Shown: positions 10,147 to 19,958 of the stretch, in pieces
Layout of the letters: the number at the start of each line of letters is the position of its first letter
How positions within the stretch are numbered: the first letter of the stretch is position 1
IMG/VR virus record: IMGVR_UViG_3300022744_000020
Location: 206,384-270,383 of that record
Direction: 5' to 3' (one strand)
Length of the DNA: 64,000 bases
Made by a program: the position numbers and the translations under genes
Notes under the pieces: generated by a model
What the model saw: the letters and a program-made list of their open reading frames with translations, nothing else
The model's database searches: none
What the model was told of the DNA's origin: nothing

Positions 10147-10743
10147 ATGGAAAAACTACGGCTCGACCAACTTTGGTCGCTCATTGCGGAGGTTCGTTGG
10201 ATCTTTGCCAATCATTACGAACTGTATGGATCGGCAGGATCCCCAGGGATCCATGGTCGTCCCCCATTGTTCTCCTCGATTGACGTGATTCAAGTATATA
10301 CGAAATGGACCAAAGAGCGTGCTGAAAACTACCTGGAGACTTTGAAAGAAAACGGGTTCGCCTTCACGTATCACTTTCTGGAAGATGTGTATTATTGCCC
10401 TATCCACGATCTGGTTCCTCAGTCTCCAAGCTTGGTTGATTTCACGGACAAATACCAGCAGTATAGAAAAGAAAAGCTGGAATTGGAAATGCCATTCGAA
10501 GAAGGAGTCTTGGAATGTCTTCGAGTAAGTTGCTACTTGAAGAGTCTTCTGCGCGAAATCAACCAAATGGGGGACTTCCGGAACATTGTCGAGAACCCAT
10601 ATCGGCGATCGGCTTTCCTGGTGCAGTATAATCCGATCTTGGGAATTCTGCAAGTTCGTGTTCGAGCCAACGACGAAGCAACTGCCCGGACGGCCCTGAA
10701 CGTCGTCCAGGAAAAATTCCCCAAACTTTTCGTAACGGAGTAA
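10147..10743 (+). CDS. Hypothetical protein
   Basis: ORF with RBS. Confidence 0.7.
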   Translation: MEKLRLDQLWSLIAEVRWIFANHYELYGSAGSPGIHGRPPLFSSIDVIQVYTKWTKERAENYLETLKENGFAFTYHFLEDVYYCPIHDLVPQSPSLVDFTDKYQQYRKEKLELEMPFEEGVLECLRVSCYLKSLLREINQMGDFRNIVENPYRRSAFLVQYNPILGILQVRVRANDEATARTALNVVQEKFPKLFVTE

Positions 10744-10746
10744 AAA

Positions 10747-11334
10747 ATGCAAGCAATAAAATTGAATCTAGCATCCAACCTGCAAGAAGGTCACCACTTG
10801 ATCGTCCATGGGGTCAATACCCTCGGCTTCATGGGCGCTGGTGTGGCCAAGGCTCTGGCCAGGGAACATCCGAAACTCAGGGGTCATTACCGGAAGTACA
10901 TATCGGATCGTCTGTCGGGTCAAGATTGTTTCGCCTCGTTCGATAAACCCCCAGCAAAAAGACATTCGGATCTGTTGGGTGAGATTTTTTACTTCGATGT
11001 GAATAACGGGAGAAAGTCTGGACCTGTCATCGCCAATCTTTTCTGTCAGGCGCAACTGAGGAAATATAAGGGAGAGGTGGTCGCAAGCCGGAACGCCATA
11101 CTGAAAGGCATGGCGAACATCATCCGTTCGGAGGCCGTCAATAACAGCCACGCCTTCATGTTCGATGATCCGAACTACGACAAGAAGGTCTCATCCATTC
11201 CGGCGACCAACATCTATTTTCCTCGAATTGGATGCGATCTTGGGGGATTGGATTGGAATGAGTTGGGGCCAAAAATCTTTGAGTTGTTCAAGGACCAGAC
11301 GCACGTTCGTCCGGTTCTGGTGGAGTGGCCTTGA
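10747..11334 (+). CDS. Macro-domain protein (ADP-ribose binding/hydrolase, Poa1/TARG1/DarG-like)
   Basis: LIVHGVNTLGFMGAGVAKAL, IANLFCQ, FPRIGCDLGGLDW. Confidence 0.85.
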   Translation: MQAIKLNLASNLQEGHHLIVHGVNTLGFMGAGVAKALAREHPKLRGHYRKYISDRLSGQDCFASFDKPPAKRHSDLLGEIFYFDVNNGRKSGPVIANLFCQAQLRKYKGEVVASRNAILKGMANIIRSEAVNNSHAFMFDDPNYDKKVSSIPATNIYFPRIGCDLGGLDWNELGPKIFELFKDQTHVRPVLVEWP

Positions 11335-11368
11335 GTTCTGTTTTCGCTTTTAATAGCAGGAGTAAGTG

Positions 11369-11569
11369 ATGAGCACTGACTACAAACTCCTCTGCCGCGA
11401 ACACAACGTGGCTATCGATGCCTGCAGCCGACAAGCGTTCGGGGTCTGTATCGCTTCGGATGGTCACAACCTCGCGAACTTCATCATCGACCATCAAAGC
11501 TGCAAGTTGGAAGTAGCTCGTGAAGGCTCCGATGAATTTCAAGACACTCCTGACTACCAAGGAAGCTGA
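11369..11569 (+). CDS. Small hypothetical protein
   Basis: AGGAG RBS; CxxH and HxxC motifs. Confidence 0.65.
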   Translation: MSTDYKLLCREHNVAIDACSRQAFGVCIASDGHNLANFIIDHQSCKLEVAREGSDEFQDTPDYQGS

Positions 11570-11570
11570 A

Positions 11571-11822
11571 ATGAAAGCTCGAACTAAAAAGAAACTTCTC
11601 GTGGCAAAGTCATTCCACGCTCTGAAAGAAAAGTCCGGCAACGCTCGTGCGTTGAGGTTCTCAGAAGGGTACTTCCCTCAGAACGACCTACATTTGGCCA
11701 ATCTCGATACGTCCATGTTTCCGCTGACTTGCGATTGCGAGAATACGGTAGTGGAAACGCCGCACGAGATTGGGACAACGTGTCATCTCTGTGGTTGTGT
11801 GATTAACTTCCCCAAGGATTAA
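11571..11822 (+). CDS. Small Cys-rich hypothetical protein
   Basis: CxC...CxxC C-terminus. Confidence 0.6.
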   Translation: MKARTKKKLLVAKSFHALKEKSGNARALRFSEGYFPQNDLHLANLDTSMFPLTCDCENTVVETPHEIGTTCHLCGCVINFPKD

Positions 11823-11825
11823 AAA

Positions 11826-12206
11826 ATGCCCTGTGCTGATACTCAAAGTAAAAGCATTGATGAATTCGTCCTCGACCATTACCGGCAAGGAGTAAGGATT
11901 CTTTGTGACCAAATCGGCAAAGAATTCAAAAGTGGAAAAGTGAGGAACCTCACAGTTCTGAAATGGTACCGAGATCACCGGTATCTGGACGCGTTTGGTT
12001 CCTTCGGATACAAAACCGATGCCACAATCGAGAGAATCCGTAGGAATTGCCAGGTTCGAGGTACTTTTGGAGATCCTCAAAAGACCCTCATCGTCCTCGA
12101 GCTTTTGGATGTCATCGAGACCCTTGCAAAGCTCGAGGGTATCACCGAAGAGCAGGTTCAAGTAAACGAGTTGAGGCTCGAAATTAAGAATCGGACCACG
12201 CTATGA
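11826..12206 (+). CDS. Hypothetical protein
   Basis: Operon ORF. Confidence 0.7.
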   Translation: MPCADTQSKSIDEFVLDHYRQGVRILCDQIGKEFKSGKVRNLTVLKWYRDHRYLDAFGSFGYKTDATIERIRRNCQVRGTFGDPQKTLIVLELLDVIETLAKLEGITEEQVQVNELRLEIKNRTTL

Positions 12207-12730
12207 AAATGAAACAACGGCGCCGAATGGCCTCCATTCAGATCGAGCGCTTACCACGACAAGCAAAGATCTTCAAAGCCTCCGCAGCAACTCAAAAGGC
12301 CGCAGTCAAATGGTTCCGACTGCTGCGCTCCGGCTTTAAGATTGACGATGGCGGATTCTGCAATCCCGATCTGAAGGAATTCAACATCGCGCGACAGTAT
12401 ACACCTGGAGGCCATCAGCGACTCGAGGAGTATCTGGGGGCATTGATGTACGTGCAGCGCCTCGGGGTTGATTATCGTGGAAAGCCCGTCGGGAAGATTC
12501 TGCGCAAATCTTTCTGGAATACGATAAATTGGGTGGTTCGTGAGGTCAGCACTCGACGCTACGAGCACAGCCAACATACAGCGGAATACGAAGCCCGCTG
12601 GCTGAAAGAAGACGGCTACGGCATCCCCGAGGGAAAGAAGGCCAAACACCAACCAGCCTGGAATGATCGAATTCGCTTCAAGGTGAAATCAGCCAACAGC
12701 AATTCCACAATGACCGTTTGGTTCGTCTAA
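12203..12730 (+). CDS. Hypothetical basic protein
   Basis: ATGA overlap with previous gene. Confidence 0.7.
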   Translation: MKMKQRRRMASIQIERLPRQAKIFKASAATQKAAVKWFRLLRSGFKIDDGGFCNPDLKEFNIARQYTPGGHQRLEEYLGALMYVQRLGVDYRGKPVGKILRKSFWNTINWVVREVSTRRYEHSQHTAEYEARWLKEDGYGIPEGKKAKHQPAWNDRIRFKVKSANSNSTMTVWFV

Positions 12731-12746
12731 CGACTGACCGGCGTAT

Positions 12747-12787
12747 ACCCAGCACCCACACCCCTTGAATGGGTGTGGGTGCTGGGT
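12747..12787. terminator. 17-bp hairpin between convergent genes
   Basis: ACCCAGCACCCACACCC/GGGTGTGGGTGCTGGGT. Confidence 0.7.
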
Positions 12788-12792
12788 TAGCC

Positions 12793-13812
12793 TTAAGCTA
12801 TTTTGTTTTCGTCCAGATACTGACGGTACCTGGGCTTGAGCTTCTTCAGAATCGTTTCCGCGTAGCTTCGATTGATCTCGAAGAACGTTTGTCGATACTC
12901 TTTCATTTTCGGCACGTTCTTCAGTCGGCTGGTGAGTTCTACGTTACCGAACCAGACATCTGGATCACAACCAGGGGTCACCTTGCAGATTTTCCGGTCA
13001 CTAGAAACTCGACCCAAACCAGCGTTGTAGCCAATCAGCATCATGGCCTCGTGATCTTCTCGGGTTTTAGTCCCAGTGATCTTTGACCAATTGTACCGAT
13101 TCTTCAAAACGAAAGCTTGAATTTGATACCGACTGTTTTGAAGGTTTCGATCCCAACCCCAGTCTGCCAGATATTCTGGAAATTGAGCTCTAAGCTCGGA
13201 TACCACGTCCATCTTGGCGGTGCGGGTGAACTGCCCCAGTCCAATTCCTTCTTCCCAGGCAGTTTTGGCACGAGCGGTCGGACTGAAGCAAAATCGGTGG
13301 GTTTCCGATGGACACGTCTCCCGGTGAATTTGTGCAGCCAGCGTTGCGAAGTCCGCATCAGGCCAAATTTTAGATCCTTCCCAAACGAGTTCCGGAATGA
13401 CTTTCTTTGCAGCCTCAGGAACGCTTGCCTTAGAAGGCGAGGAGAACATCAGTAGCGATGCGAAGACGATGAAAATCCCCAACACGTACACCGACCTGGC
13501 CAACGGGTCCTTTTTGGAATCAAACCACGCTTCCTTGAGATTCACGTACGGCCAAAGCACTCGGCGCACGACGTGGAACGCAGCCATCATCCAGAACGCT
13601 TCTGCCGCCTTACCTCCAACGTAAGCCATTGCCGGCTCATTGAAAACAGAGGTCAGGAAATAAGAGAAGAAGTTCAGGAACAGCCCCATCGTGAACAGTC
13701 CAATCACGCGAGTCGTGTCGGACCATTTCTTTCGATTGAAAGAGAAGTTCGTGAAATCGGTGACGGCATCAAACAAGCCGTCTTTATCAGGTTTTTCGGT
13801 ACTCATATACAC
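12793..13812 (-). CDS. Lytic transglycosylase (SLT) endolysin with N-terminal multi-TM domain
   Basis: QIHRETC catalytic Glu, GLGQFT, GYNAGLG; about 3 hydrophobic segments in the first 128 aa. Confidence 0.8.
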   Translation of the reverse strand: MYMSTEKPDKDGLFDAVTDFTNFSFNRKKWSDTTRVIGLFTMGLFLNFFSYFLTSVFNEPAMAYVGGKAAEAFWMMAAFHVVRRVLWPYVNLKEAWFDSKKDPLARSVYVLGIFIVFASLLMFSSPSKASVPEAAKKVIPELVWEGSKIWPDADFATLAAQIHRETCPSETHRFCFSPTARAKTAWEEGIGLGQFTRTAKMDVVSELRAQFPEYLADWGWDRNLQNSRYQIQAFVLKNRYNWSKITGTKTREDHEAMMLIGYNAGLGRVSSDRKICKVTPGCDPDVWFGNVELTSRLKNVPKMKEYRQTFFEINRSYAETILKKLKPRYRQYLDENKIA

Positions 13813-13888
13813 CTTTCGGTTAATAAGAGGTAAACTCCTTACCCCTCTACACGATAAGAATAAACCACATTGCAGACTTATTTGAACA

Positions 13889-13896
13889 CATATTAC
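13889..13896 (+). promoter_or_regulatory. Early promoter core (CATATTAC)
   Basis: Recurring motif. Confidence 0.7.
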
Positions 13897-13936
13897 CAGT
13901 CTGATTTATCACCCCCAACTCAGGAGAAAAATCCTA

Positions 13937-14320
13937 ATGGACGACATGCAATTGGAAGCCTACAAGGCCGCTTTGAGGCTTGAAGCGGAATCGGTCGCCG
14001 AGAACGCCGTCGGCGCCTACCTTCATCAGAAGTACGATCTGATCAAGGAGATCCAGGATGAGGTTCTGGGTCAGAACCCGGATTGGTTTGAGATCCTGGA
14101 TGGATTTGAGTTTCCTCGCAAGAAGGAGATCGAAGCAGTACACGAGGCCATCGACCAGGTCCTCAGTGGCTACGGCATCACTTCTGAAGGCCGTCCGAAG
14201 TATTCGTTCTTCCGGACTCTTCCGGAGTTCGAGTTCTTCCCGGCCGAGAAAGATTCCTTCGGCTGGCTCATTGGTGGATGTCGGCGATTGAGTGATGACA
14301 TCGTGGCTTACTACGGCTGA
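13937..14320 (+). CDS. Hypothetical protein
   Basis: AGGAG RBS. Confidence 0.75.
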   Translation: MDDMQLEAYKAALRLEAESVAENAVGAYLHQKYDLIKEIQDEVLGQNPDWFEILDGFEFPRKKEIEAVHEAIDQVLSGYGITSEGRPKYSFFRTLPEFEFFPAEKDSFGWLIGGCRRLSDDIVAYYG

Positions 14321-14356
14321 TCTAAACTGGGGCAGAGATGCCCCTAGGAGAAACAA

Positions 14357-14806
14357 ATGTCTCTGATGATGTATCTGCTGGAGCGAAATATTCGCCTCAG
14401 CGAATGGGAAAATTACGCCGACGAAGGCATCCAAGCCACGCGTGGGGTTAGCGGAACGACCTTTGCCACGATGCCAGCATCCAAGTCGGACAAGATGGCA
14501 AACCATATTGTCAGCCAGCTCAGCCACGATAAGGTCGTCCAGCTCGTTGCGTCGGAGTGGGAGAGGCTCCCCAGCGTGATGCGTCTGCTGATCTCGGACA
14601 AGTGCCACAACGCCAACTGCTCCGGCAATGCGCGAAAAGGCATTCAGCGCCTCGATAAGCTCCTGAAAGGAAAACTCCTCACTCAGGAGAAGTTCGAACT
14701 CAAGTCCAGAGTTCGTGTCGAGACAGTGGATGGCGTTCGATACGTCGATCGGCGCATCTCCGGGAGCGAGGCCGGCGCTCGTCGCAAACACCAACTCCTG
14801 AAGTAA
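14357..14806 (+). CDS. Hypothetical protein
   Basis: AGGAG RBS. Confidence 0.75.
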   Translation: MSLMMYLLERNIRLSEWENYADEGIQATRGVSGTTFATMPASKSDKMANHIVSQLSHDKVVQLVASEWERLPSVMRLLISDKCHNANCSGNARKGIQRLDKLLKGKLLTQEKFELKSRVRVETVDGVRYVDRRISGSEAGARRKHQLLK

Positions 14807-14817
14807 ACGGGAAAACC

Positions 14818-15429
14818 ATGAAAAAGCCAAGGAATATTGTCTGGTGTTCTAGCCGGCCGGATGTCCGAAATAGCTTGACCCCGACGATCTGTTTGGGGTG
14901 TTGGACCGTTCAAAGGTATCCGCTTTTGGAGAAAATCCTTAGCGAGATCACCACTACCTTCAAGGGGACGGAAGTCATCATCGTCGAAGAAGAAGATCCG
15001 ACAAAGTTCCAAGAGATGGTGATCGTAGGGATTGACGATGGTCAGGCGGAGAAAATTCAGGCGTCCCTGAAAGAGATCGTGGCGCTGGAAAAGCTGGAAG
15101 ATCCAATCTTCGACGAATACAAAGGAGTAATGTCTTGGTCCGAAAATCTGACCAAGTCGTGGATCTATTACCGTCGCAATCAGATTGCCGGGCACGTCCC
15201 GATCGTCTGGATTGGTAATGGTTTTGTTAAGATCGACACAGTCCAGGGCTGGGTCGTCGTGCGTGTGAGTGACCTGTCCTCTTACTGCCTGGCGGATTTC
15301 CGTGGAGATTCGCCGTTCCCCGATGCTGTGATTTTGAACCTCGGCCGCTCTGAAATCTTCCTCAGGTACCCCGATGAGAACGAAGCATTGAAAATGTTTC
15401 GGCTTCTTCAAGGCTGTGCTTTCCTGTAA
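14818..15429 (+). CDS. Hypothetical protein
   Basis: Operon ORF. Confidence 0.7.
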   Translation: MKKPRNIVWCSSRPDVRNSLTPTICLGCWTVQRYPLLEKILSEITTTFKGTEVIIVEEEDPTKFQEMVIVGIDDGQAEKIQASLKEIVALEKLEDPIFDEYKGVMSWSENLTKSWIYYRRNQIAGHVPIVWIGNGFVKIDTVQGWVVVRVSDLSSYCLADFRGDSPFPDAVILNLGRSEIFLRYPDENEALKMFRLLQGCAFL

Positions 15430-15460
15430 TTCAATCACCCAGACGAAAAAAGGATTCCCC

Positions 15461-16969
15461 ATGATTTTCTTCCCCAGCACCAAGAACAAGCACTGGTGGC
15501 TCGACGCCGCCACCCTGTCGACGATCGTGGATGATGCTCTCAAGTCTCTCAATGCGTCCGAGTCGTGGACGAAGTATCTGTCCGCCACCCTGATGGACTT
15601 CGACGGCGTCAAGATCTGGATATTCGATTACAAGTGTCCGTGGGATCCGACAAAGAACGTTTCCGAATGGAAGCGTGTCGAAAACTATCTCGATTTGGCT
15701 CAGCTCCGGGCCGTCCTCGAGGAGTCGGAACGCAAGGAGGTTTTCCGCTACGTCGGAGATCGTGATTTGCTCAAGGTGGGCGATGTCGTCACCTACTACG
15801 ACGAAGAAGGCTGGGGGCAGAAGGCTCCGAACGGCATTCTTTTGCGGGTTAAGGAATTCGCTCCCAGGATCGGGCACAATGCCCCTTACTATTGGCCGAT
15901 CAAGAGGAAAGGGATGGATTCGGAAGAACTCGTCTGGTCGGTGTCGCGAGGCGAGGTCACGTACGTCCGCGAGGATACTGGTACTGAAGTCACGGACGCC
16001 AGCGAATACAACATCTCCCTGGCCACTCCGGTCTGTGGTGGGGATCCGGTGGCTGTTCTGGCGGAGCGCAAAGAGCACGCCAAGAAGAACCCCGGAGAGC
16101 ACTCAAGGGTTCTTGGTCCCGTCGTGGATCCGAAATTCTATCCGGGCGATCAGGTCTGGTGGATGGATCCGAATCAAGGTCAGGAAACCTTGAAGATGAT
16201 CGGAGATGCTTTCCCTCTGAACGGGGCAGAAGCTTGCTACAACTTCGATGAGCAAGGCCAGAAGGGCTATGCAAAGATCGAGGAAAAAGACCTCCGCCTC
16301 GACTCGCGCGGCAACCACTACCGCTGGGCAACCGGAGGCGTGACGCACTTTACCACCATCGAAGAAGAGTTCAAGTTCTGGTGCGCCGTTGGCGTGATCA
16401 GTTCGGTTCGCAATCCGGATAACGGCTACTATTCGTGGACACTGGACGAGGTCTATGAACAACAGAACACAGGTCGTTGGCTTATCGCCCAAGGAGCCAT
16501 GATCCAGACCGGTGAGAAACGGGCCAACTTGGACGTCTTGGAGATCCCCAGCAATCTCCCTCACGTCTGGGAATGGTTGAAAGAAAAGCAGCGTGTGGCT
16601 GTGGCGGAGGAAATGTCACGCCCGGTGGAGGGGAAGGCTGTGGTTCGAGGCACCGGCCTGTTCCCGGAAGGCGGCCGCATCCTGATCACGCGCCCGATCC
16701 GAGACGAGCGCACGGGTGAGTGTTTCAGGACCGAGGTGACGGAGGAGATCTACATCTGCACTTCGGTACAGCCCGAGGGTTCTCGTGTGGGTCCTGGTGG
16801 GCGCGTGATCCGCATCCATTGCACTGACAAGGTGATCGAGTACCGCAGCCATCGGGCCAGTATCGAAGTAAGCCGCATCCGAGCGCACTTTGCTGCACTG
16901 GAGAACGCACGGGTGATCGCAAGCATGAAGCGCTTCGGAATCAACAACCCTGAAAAGAAAACCGACTGA
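15461..16969 (+). CDS. Hypothetical multidomain protein (possible SH3-like barrels)
   Basis: AAGGA RBS; LKVGDVV and FYPGDQV motifs. Confidence 0.75.
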   Translation: MIFFPSTKNKHWWLDAATLSTIVDDALKSLNASESWTKYLSATLMDFDGVKIWIFDYKCPWDPTKNVSEWKRVENYLDLAQLRAVLEESERKEVFRYVGDRDLLKVGDVVTYYDEEGWGQKAPNGILLRVKEFAPRIGHNAPYYWPIKRKGMDSEELVWSVSRGEVTYVREDTGTEVTDASEYNISLATPVCGGDPVAVLAERKEHAKKNPGEHSRVLGPVVDPKFYPGDQVWWMDPNQGQETLKMIGDAFPLNGAEACYNFDEQGQKGYAKIEEKDLRLDSRGNHYRWATGGVTHFTTIEEEFKFWCAVGVISSVRNPDNGYYSWTLDEVYEQQNTGRWLIAQGAMIQTGEKRANLDVLEIPSNLPHVWEWLKEKQRVAVAEEMSRPVEGKAVVRGTGLFPEGGRILITRPIRDERTGECFRTEVTEEIYICTSVQPEGSRVGPGGRVIRIHCTDKVIEYRSHRASIEVSRIRAHFAALENARVIASMKRFGINNPEKKTD

Positions 16970-17071
16970 GCGAACATCGGGCGAGAAGCTAGAACTCCGA
17001 CAAGGGTAAAGTCTTCTCGCCTATGTCGTTTCGTTAAAATCCATCGTTAATATCGAGCTAGTGAGAATCAG

Positions 17072-17854
17072 ATGCAAAAGCCTACCATCCCTGTCTTCGT
17101 TAAGCAAGAACCCATGGACCCCAACCATCCGTTGGATGTGGACCAGAAGCTCATGGATGACCTCCGGGTGATCCAGGTCCTGGCGACTGAGCAGCCCAGT
17201 GGGGGTCCGAAGTCAAGCTTCCTGCAGGGGCTGCACAAGCAACTGACCTGGTACGGGATCTGGACCCGGCATCATGACTACAGCAGCCACGTAGCCGCCA
17301 TGCGCGCGGTCTACTGGGCTGCGGGTTATTTGGTCGGCGCCAAGTCGCATGCGAACAACCCCGAAATGACGGCGCTGATCGACCTCCTCTCGGCCTGGGT
17401 GCAGAAGGCTGGCGACCATCTCAGTCGCTGGATGTTCGATGATCGTTCCCGGGTTCCGCATCTGAACTATTGCCCGGAGCAGAAGATCAATACCTTCTCG
17501 GTCTTGCAAAAGACCGACCGGCAGACCGCAGATCCTTCCTGGGATGGATTCACCTGCCCTCGCTGCCGTGGTCATCTGTTCAGCACGATGACTCTTCCGG
17601 CAACCACGGATCTGCCGGAAGGTCAGTCGGTTGGTTACTGCAATAGCTACCTCCCCAATGCCGTCCCTGACCTGACGACTCGCTGTGGCTTCACTTGGGA
17701 TCGCAACGATCAAGCAATGGAGGCGATCTGCATGTACTCCAAGCCGAGGGAGGAGTGGATGGATTCTTTCCCATCCGGATTCCCGACCCAGAAGACAGCG
17801 CCGATCGTCTCCCAGATCCAGACCCTGGGAGACGATCCTCCGAATTACCCGTAA
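17072..17854 (+). CDS. Hypothetical protein with Zn-ribbon
   Basis: CPRC...C...C. Confidence 0.7.
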   Translation: MQKPTIPVFVKQEPMDPNHPLDVDQKLMDDLRVIQVLATEQPSGGPKSSFLQGLHKQLTWYGIWTRHHDYSSHVAAMRAVYWAAGYLVGAKSHANNPEMTALIDLLSAWVQKAGDHLSRWMFDDRSRVPHLNYCPEQKINTFSVLQKTDRQTADPSWDGFTCPRCRGHLFSTMTLPATTDLPEGQSVGYCNSYLPNAVPDLTTRCGFTWDRNDQAMEAICMYSKPREEWMDSFPSGFPTQKTAPIVSQIQTLGDDPPNYP

Positions 17855-17880
17855 CGCAATCCATTCTAGGAGCTTAAGTC

Positions 17881-18288
17881 ATGAATCGTTTCATCTGCCT
17901 CATCGTTCTGTTTCTCTCCCTCGGTGCCCAGGCGCAAGTCGTACCGCCAGCAAATCTGAGCATCGATCCGTATGCGGATCGAATCACGGCGTGGCTGAAG
18001 AAAAATTCGCGCGTCTACCAGTGCGCTGATTCAGCCGTGAACCGACTGGTGGAAGATCGCAACGCGATTGTGACCCCTCAGGAATATGGGCGGATCGTCA
18101 CGATTTGCTCGTCCTTCCCAGCGGCCAATCCAGGGTCGGCGATGCTTGGGGAGGAGCTCGACTACATGTGGTACGTGAAACCGCATGACCAAAAGCAACT
18201 CGCCGAGAAGAAGGCCGGTCGTCGTTGGCAAGACGTCGACGGGTACCTTCACTTTCCAGACGGCACCATCAGCAGTTCTCCCATGTAA
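17881..18288 (+). CDS. Hypothetical secreted protein
   Basis: Signal peptide ending AQA. Confidence 0.7.
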   Translation: MNRFICLIVLFLSLGAQAQVVPPANLSIDPYADRITAWLKKNSRVYQCADSAVNRLVEDRNAIVTPQEYGRIVTICSSFPAANPGSAMLGEELDYMWYVKPHDQKQLAEKKAGRRWQDVDGYLHFPDGTISSSPM

Positions 18289-18385
18289 CCGAGATCGGCT
18301 GAAGTCGGGAACGGCAAAGAAAAGGGGGCTCGTCCCCCTTTTCTTTTTACTAATTTAAAAACCATTTTCCAGATTTTTACAGTCA

Positions 18386-18393
18386 CATATAAC
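18386..18393 (+). promoter_or_regulatory. Early promoter core (CATATAAC)
   Basis: Recurring motif. Confidence 0.55.
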
Positions 18394-18457
18394 CAATGTG
18401 AATCGAGTACAAATCGTGTATTTGGTCACCATCAACCTTGACTCAATGGAGTTCCGA

Positions 18458-18760
18458 ATGCCCTTCCTCGCCCAAATCGCTGGCATCACCCTTCAAATCG
18501 TGCAGGTCTGCACACCGACTCCGGAGTATCTGGCAGCAAAAGCCGCTCAGATGCCGCAAGCCCAGATCATGATGATCCAGCCCGCCAAGTGCGTCAACAC
18601 GGGTCATTCCCTGATTGGCAAAAAGTTCTACTCCCCGGGCATTAGCGACCAATCGATGCGCACCTGCAAGCTTCAGCAAGATTACTGGAAGTGGGTTGCT
18701 TCAAAGCAAGGAGTGACCATCACCAGTTGGTGCCTGATTGGCTCAGTCACGGCGAAATGA
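18458..18760 (+). CDS. Small Cys-containing hypothetical protein
   Basis: GGAG RBS before ATG 18458. Confidence 0.65.
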   Translation: MPFLAQIAGITLQIVQVCTPTPEYLAAKAAQMPQAQIMMIQPAKCVNTGHSLIGKKFYSPGISDQSMRTCKLQQDYWKWVASKQGVTITSWCLIGSVTAK

Positions 18761-18850
18761 TCCGTGACCTGTGTTCGGTTTCATCTCGTCGAGAATAGGG
18801 GTTCGCCCCTATTCTTTTTTTTTTTGCCGTCTTCTATTAAAATTAAACCC

Positions 18851-18858
18851 TATATCAT
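18851..18858 (+). promoter_or_regulatory. Early promoter core (TATATCAT)
   Basis: Recurring motif. Confidence 0.65.
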
Positions 18859-18892
18859 CCATTTGCCAGTAACCCCCATGGGCTTTAGCGTA

Positions 18893-19375
18893 ATGGAAAA
18901 AAATCAAGCCATTCAATTATTCTGGGTAGATGTCTCTCGCGCTGTTTCAAATGCTAAAGCAAATAAACTCCAGGTACATGTGGAGCGCTTTTCTTCGGAT
19001 CAATGTGACGAGTTTAGACTAATTGCAGGCGAATCCATTAAGGAGATAATGTTGAAAGATCAACCACGGAAGAAGTCCCTGATGTTTTACTGGGTCTTCT
19101 TGGCCCTCGTTTATTTGTTGGTGGGCGTGACGATTTACTTCAATGGATCTCAATGGTCCAGACAAAAGGACATCGAAGAAGCCGTGGCTGCTATGTACCT
19201 CGACTGCACCGAGCAAGCCCCACTGCAACGAATCCAAGAAGGTGTTTCACCCTCTCAGCATTTGCTTCTTTGCGGGGAGAGCAGCATGGCTTACCGAGCC
19301 ATGCTGAAGAAATCAATGCCAGATCCGCTGATCCAGGTGTTTGCATGGCCCGCCTTCATTTGGGGTAAAGTGTGA
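18893..19375 (+). CDS. Hypothetical membrane protein
   Basis: TM segment LMFYWVFLALVYLLVGVTIYF. Confidence 0.7.
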   Translation: MEKNQAIQLFWVDVSRAVSNAKANKLQVHVERFSSDQCDEFRLIAGESIKEIMLKDQPRKKSLMFYWVFLALVYLLVGVTIYFNGSQWSRQKDIEEAVAAMYLDCTEQAPLQRIQEGVSPSQHLLLCGESSMAYRAMLKKSMPDPLIQVFAWPAFIWGKV

Positions 19376-19378
19376 GCT

Positions 19379-19903
19379 TTGCGATCTTTGTTTCCACGAA
19401 AGACGATAGGTGATAAATTGATACTGCAAAACGTCTCGTTGAGACTGGCTACTCGCCCGTCCGACAAACGTCGAGATAAAATCGATGGTCCGGTGAACGT
19501 GATCATTCGAATTCTCGACCATCTGACCGAAACTCACCCTACTGACCATGGGGTGGATTATTGGTTCGAAGAAGAAAGGCTTTGGGCCTATCAAGATCCC
19601 AGCATTCAAGTCCATGAATTCCGTTTCAACAATGTGGACTGGATGAAGCCTGGAAGCATCAATCGAGAGCAAGCGCAGTCGATTGCCAAGATCCTGATCG
19701 AAGCAAACAAGAACAATCACAACGTGCTCGTTCACTGCGTGCAAGGAGAGTCGCGCAGTGCCGCCGTTGTCAAAGCAGCGCTCCAGTCGTTCAAAGACGC
19801 CACGTGCCCCACTGAAATTCCGTGGTGCAACAACAGCGTTTGCGATGTGATCAAGTACGAGATTCTCCGGGCTAATCGCCGGGAAGATCGTGCACCTCAG
19901 TAG
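19379..19903 (+). CDS. Cys-dependent protein-tyrosine / dual-specificity phosphatase-like protein
   Basis: VLVHCVQGESRSAAV (HCx5R); start uncertain. Confidence 0.85.
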   Translation: MRSLFPRKTIGDKLILQNVSLRLATRPSDKRRDKIDGPVNVIIRILDHLTETHPTDHGVDYWFEEERLWAYQDPSIQVHEFRFNNVDWMKPGSINREQAQSIAKILIEANKNNHNVLVHCVQGESRSAAVVKAALQSFKDATCPTEIPWCNNSVCDVIKYEILRANRREDRAPQ

Positions 19904-19958
19904 ACCCACGCTCGCCAAGAAGGCGATTTCCAACCCCTCAGCAAGAAAGGCTGAACTC

